64,000 bases of DNA, taken from NCBI RefSeq assembly GCF_009914755.1, contig NC_060927.1. One strand, given 5' to 3'. Shown in pieces: positions 55,440-64,000 of this stretch (position 1 is the first letter of the stretch; the number at the start of each line of letters is the position of its first letter). The DNA comes from the human T2T-CHM13v2.0 reference genome, Homo sapiens. A program made the translations under genes and the position numbers. The notes beneath the pieces are model-generated. The model was not told where the DNA came from. It saw only the letters and a program-made list of their open reading frames with translations, and ran no database searches.

Positions 55440-56410
55440 AATTTCATATATTTAAGGGGTACAACACCTTAAATGTTTGACCTACTTATGTGCAATAAAG
55501 TGGTTACTATACTAAGCAACTTAACTTATGCATTTCCTCACATAGCTGCCTCTTTTGTGTGTGTCTCTGCGATGAGAACACCTGAAATCTAAACTCTTGG
55601 AAAGTTCTCAGTATACAATACAGTATTTATGATACAGTATACAGATATATATATACACAGATAACTGTATCATTGTGCTGTGCATTCTATCTCTAGACTT
55701 ATTTGTTCTACATAACAATAACTTTGTACCTTTGACCAGAATCTTCCCATTTTCCTCACTTTTGTGCTCTCAGTGACCACCATTCTAGTATCTATTTGTA
55801 TGTATTTGACTTTTTTTGATGCCACCTATAATTTAGATCATACAGGATTTTTCTTTCTGTGCCTGGCTTACTTCACCTAGCATAGTTCTTCCAGATTCTT
55901 CTATATTGTTGCAAATGGTAGTATCTCCTTCTTTTATAGAGCTGAATAATATCCCATTGTGTACACATGTCACAATTTATTTATCCATTCATCCACTGAT
56001 GGACACTAGGTGATCTCCATATCTTAACTATCATGAATACTGCTGCAATGAACATGTGAGTGCAGATATTCCTTTGACTATTGATTTTATTTTCTTTGGA
56101 TATATATCCACAAGAGGGATTGCTGGGTTGTATGGTATCTCTATTTTTAATTTTAGGGAACCCTCCATACTGTTTTCCATAATAGCTGTACCAATAAATA
56201 TTCCCACCAACAGTATGTAAGAGCTCCCTTTTTCCACACCCTAGATAACAGTTATCTCTTGTCTTTTTGACAGTAGCCATCCTAACAGGTGTGATGTGAC
56301 ATCTCATCATGGTTTAGATTTGCATTTGCCTGATGATTTATGATGTTGAGCACATTTTCACATACCTATTGGCTATTTGTATGTCTTCTTTGGAAAACTG
56401 TCTATTTAAT
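55440..56410 (-). mobile_element. L1MA-type 3' end
   Basis: Minus-strand ORFs MRCHITPVRMATVKK and EIPYNPAIPLVDIYPK match the ORF2p C-terminus, followed by the 3'UTR. Confidence 0.88.
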
Positions 56411-58010
56411 TCAGTTTCTACAGTTGGAAGGAAAACCATGTATATAGAGGAAGTAATAAAGAGCAACGGAAAGGACTAATATCTTAATATGTAGCGTAAT
56501 TTGAGATTCTGAGGAATTCATTAGAAAAAAGACCAATTTTTAAAGGTATTTATTTCTAGACATTGCAAGTTAACTAGCAAGAGAAAATATGAGAGAATTT
56601 TGTCACCTATTTGAAGTGCTATTTATATACTAGTTTACTTAATATTGATTTCTTAGCAACATTTTCTATAATGTCATAGATAAATAAAGGAAGAGCCCCA
56701 TGTTTGTACAGGAGGAAGAGTTTGATAATTTTTCTTACACTTTTGTCTATCCTTTGAGAGGAGTTTATAACTTCAGCAACACCTTAGCAGTTATTATTCT
56801 GAAAAGTGACATTGATAAGGGTTTCAACTGAGTTGAAGGAAAAAAAAAACAAAACAAACAAACAATATTTTCTGTATGGTCAGGAAAGATGAATTATACA
56901 TTTAACTGCCATCCCCTTGCTTCTAAAAATGTAGTTAGAGATCATGAAAGGTAAGAGTGTATTTATTTGGCCATTGATATAGAGAAGCAGTCCCATTTTT
57001 AAGTGTTTAAAGAAATCACAATAAATGGTCCTGACATAAGTTTTGATGTAATTAGTCTTCATGTCTGCTGGGGTCCCCGTAACTAAAATGCATTCTGGAA
57101 ACATCATTGGCTATTATGAAATGTGAATTTCAGTAAGGCTATTCATCAAAAGCGTCACATCATATATTCTATTACTCTTCTTAAGAATAGGACTGCTAGA
57201 TGAAGCTGTTTTTATATAATAACTTTTAGCTCACTGACAGAGATTGAAAATGGTAAATATTAAAATTCTGTGGTTTTACAAACTCTTCATGAATGATTGT
57301 CATTTATATTTAGGGCAATCTTCAAAAAGTGGCTAGTTCTTATGATTTCAGAAAGTGAATGAGAAATGTTCCTCCCTATTCTGTATGTAAATATTCACTC
57401 TCCCCCAACATGTTCTTCCTTTTATTATTGAAAATTGCAAGCACACACAGAAGTAGAGGTGATAGTATAAGAAACTCTCATGTATACATCACTCAGAGTC
57501 AATAGAAGGCAACTCTTATCAATCTTGTTTAATCTATACACTAACCTACTTCCACAACTCCAATTATCTGGAGGCAAATCCCAAACCTCAATAATTTCAC
57601 CCACAAATATATCAGAATGTATCTTTAAAAGATTAAGGAATCTTCTTTTTAATATAACATAAAACCAGTTTTCTTATGGTAACAAATTATTATTTCTAAA
57701 TTATTTAGAATTCAAATTTCCATAATAGTCTCATAAATATGTAAGCTTATATGTGTATGCATGTTAAATAAAAACACATATATTTTATATGTGAATATAT
57801 GACATATTTATGTTGTGTTTAATCCTCTTCAATCATGAAAGCAACATTTCCGGACATTGTTTCTCAGAAGTCCTTATATACCAAGATATACTTCCATTTC
57901 TATGTACGAACACTGTATGTATCAAGAAATGTTACATGGATTAAAAATATTCCATACTCTACCAAATGTAGGAAACCTTGAATTAAATAAAATTTTAAAA
58001 ATAAATAAAC

Positions 58011-58055
58011 TTACTTTTAATGACAAAAACCGCAATTACTTTTGCACCAATCCAA
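58011..58055. mobile_element. Half MADE1 / solo Hsmar1 TIR
   Basis: TTACTTTTAATGACAAAAACCGCAATTACTTTTGCACCAATCCAA is the spacer plus one TIR. Confidence 0.85.
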
Positions 58056-59354
58056 TAAATAAGAATTCCTTTCATTTAGGAATTCTCAGAGCTTTTAATA
58101 TGTTAAAATGTTTAAGAAATGATAAAAGTGGAGATAATATACAGAATTAATTACAGTTAACCTTGGGACTCCATCTTTCTTTCTTGAAGTATTACTAACC
58201 AGGAACACTTACTGGATATAAATTTTTCCTAAATCCACAGTATTAGAGAATTTCAGACAATATATTTTATATTTGAATGTTTCTTAAATAGAAATTTCAG
58301 GTTCAAGTTTTAAAAACTAAGGGAACATTTGTCAAAGCATGGTCTCTGGAATAACTATATCAAAATCAAGTGGAGAAGCCTGATGAAAGGACGTATTCAA
58401 GGTCTAGACACACTGAATCAGTATTTCTGGTGCAATATGAGGAGCTCACGTTTTGAATGCATGCTCAGGAAACTCTTACACATGTTAAAATTTTAAAACC
58501 ACTAGATCAGACTTCCTACAAATGGCTAAGGAATATGCAAGAAGAATAGCATGACATGAAATGAAAGCGAATAAGTAACCCTTTGTTTTGTTTGAAAAGA
58601 CTTAAAGAATCTCAAATTTTTACAAACGATAGAGTCTAGCGTAGTCAACAACTTTCCTCCTTTTTAATTTGTTATAATTCAGGCCCTAAAGATCTCACCG
58701 ATCCATAAATACCGAGAAGTGTTTCAGTGTCGATGAGCCTCGAGTAACTGCAGCTACTCTACTGGCACATATGCACTCTTAGGAAGTGAGTAGAATATAG
58801 GATCTGAGTGGTTTGAAGAAATCTCTCAGATGCTTGAGTTTCTTAAGAATTTAAGGTGTATTTGATGAGGAATTAATGGACTGAAGCCCCTCTTCTTTCC
58901 ACAAAGTAGCATGAACAGTTTTGCATATTTCAACTGTGCAAGCACCAATCTTCCAGTCCCTGCAAGTGTGATTTTTGTCTCTGTGGGGTACTCATGTTAG
59001 TGCTGGGGCTGAGGCTGCACATGGCTGTAGAATGAACTCTTTGAGAGAGCAATCAATGGCCTCATGGCTATTAGACAGCCATCTGCACAGGATGAGGACA
59101 GGTCTGCCTGTGGTGGGTGGAGAGGATACAGCAGTTAAAATGTTCTTGTCCGAGCACCTCTTCACCCACACAGGAGGCTACTCCCAGGAGGAACTATGCA
59201 TCCCCTTTTTCTGGATAATAAGCATGCTTATGTAGAGCTACTTCTTTTCAAATACAGTCTATTTTTCACACTGCAGATAATGGTATGTCATCATATCACT
59301 CCTCTGCTTCATACTTCCAAAGTTTTTAACTTTTTCAGCAAAAAATGCATTTCT

Positions 59355-59700
59355 AAAATTTTTAATTGATGAATAGTAATTTTGTTTTATGTATTTGTGG
59401 GATATAATGTGATATTTTGATACATGTTTACATTGTGTAATGATTAAATCAAGCTAGTTAACACAGCCATCACTTCACATCCTATCATTTTTTTGTGATG
59501 AGAATTAAAATCCTCATTGGGTAATTTTGAAATATGTATTACATTAACTGTAGTCACCATGCTGTGCCGTAGGTCTCTAAAACTTATTCCTCCCATCTGA
59601 AACTTAGTACGCTGTGAACAACATCTCCTCATTCCCCATCCCTCCCTCCCACCAGCCTCTGATAACCACCATGCTACTCTTTACTATGCTACTCTCTACT
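59355..59700 (-). mobile_element. L1MA-type 3'UTR fragment
   Basis: 'atgtgatattttgatacatg...gattaaatcaagctagttaacac...ccagcctctgataaccacc'. Confidence 0.8.
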
Positions 59701-59730
59701 ATGTAAGAATATATTTCTTAGCGTGACATC

Positions 59731-61278
59731 CAGAGCTGGTTTCATGGACATACAATCCAGTCACACAGAGCCCTGTGCTGAGGAAGTCCCCATGTTTGAA
59801 ATATTCTGCTGTGACTGTCTTGAAATTCTTAATCATTTTACCTCTCAATTTGTGTTTTGTACATACTAAACACAAATTGAGAGGTAAAATGATTAAGAAT
59901 TTATTTGTAACCTGTGTGTGCATGAGCTGCTGCTGCTGCTGCTTCACCATACCCACATGCATATGTGGCAGCTCCTGCACACACAAGTTCAGGCTTAAAG
60001 ACCCAGCAGTCGGCATGCGTGCACAGCAGTTGGTGTGGTGTGCAGGTGTGCACATGCTTGCCTGGGTAGTCATAGTCCTGGAGTCCTGAGGGCATGGGCA
60101 CATCAGAACCTGGGCCTCTTAAAGGGATGGAGATAATGGTGGTAGCAGCCATAGAAACGGCAGTGGATGGCAGCAAAGGCTGCAGGAAGCGACTTCAAAA
60201 GTAGTCAACAGGAGGATCCAAGGTGGGAGGCCAGCTTGCCCATACCTCGCCGGAGGCTGTCTCTGTGGGATTTGCAAAAATATTAACTCTCCATCCTGAG
60301 CACCAGAACAGAAATTGTTAGTGCTCAGGCAATAAACTTTGTCAATAAATTATTGCAAAAGGAAGGCATACACATGGACATTGCAATAAAATCCACAGGC
60401 TTAGAAATAGAAATTAAACTTAAAGATTATTCCAGTCAATGATAAGAACATTATTTTTATATGATGCTTTGGGGAAACCAATAATTGATGAGTTTTGCTT
60501 TGTAATTGAAGATACAAAAATGGAATGGTAAAACAGGCATTTTGAACTATACGAAAATCATGAAGTCCCTTTCAATTTCTTGTACAACCTCCACAAGTTA
60601 CAGTGTATGTCAGAGGAAACATTAAGATTCCATTGCATACATTTATATTTAAAATTAAATTCAGGCTTTCATAAAACAGATTTGTATAAAGAGTTAAATC
60701 TTTTTAGAAAAATATTGGTGAAGAGAATCATCAGCTCTAGATATTTCAACATTTATATTTCAGTGTATAATTCATCAGAAACTTCTGAATGTTACTACAG
60801 TCTATAAAACAGTCTTAATGGTTTCATAAAAGTTGCATCAGAGAAAGATACTTTGCAAAATAAAAACTTATCAAAAAGTATTTGTGATCTTGCATTTGCC
60901 AGGAGTGACTGATGTCACTGAAGTTATATCAATTGAAAATGAAGTTGCTAAAAATATAAATTCTGTTGATCTAGTAAACAATTGACCAGAAAAGTAATGG
61001 AGAAAATTATATAATCAATCAAGATATAACCTCAATAAAGTATTATTTATTATATCGTATAAAATTATGACACCAAAATCATGTATTTTGTAATTTGTAA
61101 GTGTATGTCATCACTCATCTATGAATCATACCCTAATTTTATTTTATAAGTTATAAATTATTTTAAAGCGAAAAGCTTTGTATTTAATACCTTTAATGAC
61201 ACTTTTTCCTCTTTTTCAAAAAAGACACCCCACGCTTTCATTTTGCACTTGGACCCACAAATTATGTAGCTGACCTTA
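59731..61278 (+). mobile_element. MER45R-like hAT-Tip100 element (~1.55 kb) with dead transposase remnant
   Basis: MER45 ends 'cagagctggtttcatgg' and 'ttttgcacttggacccacaaattatgtagctgacctta'. Decayed 8-bp TSD GTGACATC/ATGACGTT. 60830-60990 encodes a broken hAT dimerisation motif (VAS..KIKLIKKYL*SCICQE*L..SIENE). Confidence 0.82.
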
Positions 61279-61289
61279 ATGACGTTTGT

Positions 61290-61815
61290 GGCTTATATCC
61301 TGACCAAGGCTATCCTCCAGCTTCATCTTCTTCGCTTTCACTCCTCTATTACTCTGTGTTTAATCCTTTCATTTTCAGCACATGGTTGCACGGAGTCTGC
61401 CGATCACAGTTCTTTTTCACACAGTTTCTCTGTGAACGCTCTTGCCTGCGCAGGAAATCTAGTTTCCTCTCTCTACCTGCTACCTTTACCCAGCTCACTA
61501 CTACTTGCCTTTTACTTCTCAGCGAAAACAGTTCTTTCTCCATAAACTGATCCCCTCAGGATTTGCCAAACATTTCAAACAAGTCACTTCTAGTATATGG
61601 TGCTTATCACACATTACTGTATAGTAACTAATATGATTGGATTCATGCTAGCTTCCTTTTGTAGACGTTCATCTCTGTGAAGCAACACTCCTTATCTTTT
61701 TGACTTGCTGCGGGTTTTTTTTTTTTTTTTCCTCATTTTCTTCCCTATCTTGACTCCAGTACTTAGCATAGGATTGGACATACATTACATGCTCAATAAA
61801 TATTAGTTACAAATG
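61290..61815 (+). mobile_element. L2 fragment
   Basis: 'ctccagtacttagcataggattggacatacattacatgctcaataaatatt' 3' end. Confidence 0.6.
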
Positions 61816-62182
61816 AGTTAACTAGTGAAAAATGTAACCATTATAAGTGATGAAATAAACATTTCTTATTCATAAAGCTTTCATCATTATTACTGTACAA
61901 CAATGAGCTATGTAGATAGGGAATAATTTGTCCAACTTTGCCACTATGTGGTGTCATAAATGGAAGGACTTGCTGTCATTTTTAATGTCTGAAAATTACT
62001 TTAATTGCATGATCTAAAACTTTAAATCTGGGCAGTTTTGCTCTGTCAACACATCCAGTTAGCCAACTTATCCTCCTATAAATGTAAATAAGACATTTGT
62101 GATTTTTTTTTTCAGAGTAACTACAAAAGGAAAATATTTTCTCTAGTTCTAAAAAATTTTCTTGGATCCCTGGATATCTTTT

Positions 62183-62762
62183 TTTTTTTTAAGGTTCAAT
62201 CACACTTTATTCATTTATGTTTTTAAGTTTTTTAGGTCATACATTTCCTCAATTCTTCATACATTTTATTTCAGTCAATTAAATTACAAAACAATACAAG
62301 CTTTTTAAATTCAAAGTCTAAAGTATATAAAGTAATAATGATTCCCTCTCTTTCTCTTACCCTTCAACTTCACCTTGCTAATGTAACAAACTTAATAATT
62401 TAATGTGTATCTTTTTTTATTTTCTACTAGTTTATTCTTTGATTAGAATCCAATAAGATCCAAAAAAAAGAAAGAACCCAATAAGATCCATACATGGCAG
62501 TTGGCCAAGTTTTTTTTTAATCTATTGGTTTCTCCTCCATCTCTCTTCTTTTTCTTTCTTTTTTTTAAATTTTATTATTAGTATACTTTAAGTTTTAGGG
62601 TACATGTGCACAACGTGGGAATTGAACAATGAGAACACATGGACACAGGAAGGGGAACATCACACACCGGGGACTATTGTGGAGTGTGGGGAGCGGGGAG
62701 GGATAGCATTAAGAGATATACCTAATGCTAAATGACGAGTTAATGGGTGCAGCACACCAACA
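62183..62762 (-). mobile_element. L1PA3/4-like insertion with 5' inversion and 3' transduction
   Basis: 20-bp TSD (62163-62182 = 62763-62782), poly(T), ~360 bp non-L1PA DNA, old tail, antisense L1 3' end (62567-62617), inverted L1 3'UTR piece (62615-62765). Confidence 0.88.
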
Positions 62763-62900
62763 TGGATCCCTGGATATCTTTTACCCTTATTTTGGTTGCA
62801 AATCTGTGAAGAAGCCTTGGAATTAAGAATGGGCATAGTCCACAAAATCATTCTTTAAATTTCTCCTTAGACAAAATTAGAATATAAAGTGCATGCATCT

Positions 62901-63205
62901 GGTTAGGTGCAGTGATTAACGCCTGTAATCTCAGCACTTGGGAGGCCAAGTCAGGTGGATCACTTGATGTCAGGAGTTTGAGACCACCTGGCCAACATGG
63001 TGAAACTCTGTCTCTGCAAAAATACAAAAATTTACCTGGCATGGTGGTGCGTGCCTGTAATGCCAGCTACTCAGGAGGCTGAGGCAGGAGAATCTCTTGA
63101 ATCTGGGAGGCGGAGGTTGCAATGAGCTAAGATGGCATCACTGCACTCTAGCCTGGGTGACGGAGCGAGACTCCATCTCAAAAATAATAATAACAAAAGT
63201 AAAAA
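62901..63205 (+). mobile_element. AluSx-like
   Basis: Full Alu; 15-bp TSD AAAGTGCATGCATCT / AAAGTACATGCATCT. Confidence 0.95.
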
Positions 63206-64000
63206 AAAGTACATGCATCTAATATAAATATGGAAAGTATTTTAAATAATAAAAAATGAAGACATATTTGATACAGAATGAGTTTGATTTTCTCTATTAT
63301 ATTCATATTCAGAACTATAGCGTGTGTTTTTATTTTTTCATGGCTCTTTTGTCAGTATGTACCTTAAAACCCCAAATTATTACTTCCTACTTTCTACTTC
63401 TAAATATTTATGAATGAAGAAAACAATTAAAAATGTTTAAATGGTCAAATAATAACTAAACATTCTATTGGTAAAATGCAGTTACACATTAATCATTGTG
63501 AACATATAAATGCAATCTCAATGTTAGTTTGGTTTCTTGAGCAGAATGAAGAAGGTAGAAGAAAGTGAAGATTTTAGTCCATTTCTTAGAGAGCTAAACT
63601 TTATCTTATAAATTACCCATGGAGAAATAGATTCTCCATGGGTCATTTCACTATTTTTAAACTTCTTCATGTATAATTTTTTTTTTACAATAACTTGCCT
63701 AAAACCTTTATTCTTAAATGTAAATCTTTCAAAACAATTTATTCTTGGTAAGATGGTACATATCTAAATCCAAATATTTGTCCAGGGCCCCTTCATAGAT
63801 ATTGAGTTGCTCTTTGATGAATTCTCAACTCTCTGGAATCAGAACTTTATTATAAACGAAGTAGTCATAACGATCTACATTGTGAGTCTCTTTTAATCTG
63901 AACAAATATAGGACTCTCAAGTACAACTGGCACACCCTGGGATTGTCCTTTGAAATTTTGGTCAATGAAATGCTAGGTCTTGTAAAAGAAAGATTGACAT

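Noticed and set aside
59699-60176. Overlapping ORFs on both strands with poly-Q/poly-C/poly-A stretches
   Set aside because: Caused by the 35-bp palindrome and a short (CTG)6 tract within MER45R.
60580-60990. Possible domesticated hAT transposase
   Set aside because: Stops and frameshifts interrupt the dimerisation motif, and only a fragment is present.

Overview
AT-rich primate (very likely human) genomic DNA from inside CNTN6 (contactin-6/NB-3), transcribed on the + strand. Five coding exons (13965-14149, 18130-18266, 19772-19901, 22100-22250, 44661-44788) splice in frame and encode the second half of Ig3 plus Ig4 and Ig5. The rest (about 99%) is intron filled with L1, L2, MIR, Alu, MaLR/ERVL LTRs and DNA transposons (MER45R, Tigger2, MADE1, MER5, MER20). 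Nearly all ORFs in the supplied track are spurious or transposon remnants. I see no new gene or prokaryote-style system. The best hidden structure is a 580-bp insertion (62183-62762) between 20-bp target-site duplications. It is an L1PA element with a twin-priming inversion plus about 360 bp of 3'-transduced foreign DNA with its own AATAAA and poly(A). There is also a recurring set of young, near-perfect inverted repeats and templated micro-copies, including a minisatellite built from 28-bp palindromes. Repeat subfamily names come from remembered consensus sequences, not a database search, and boundaries of old repeats are approximate.
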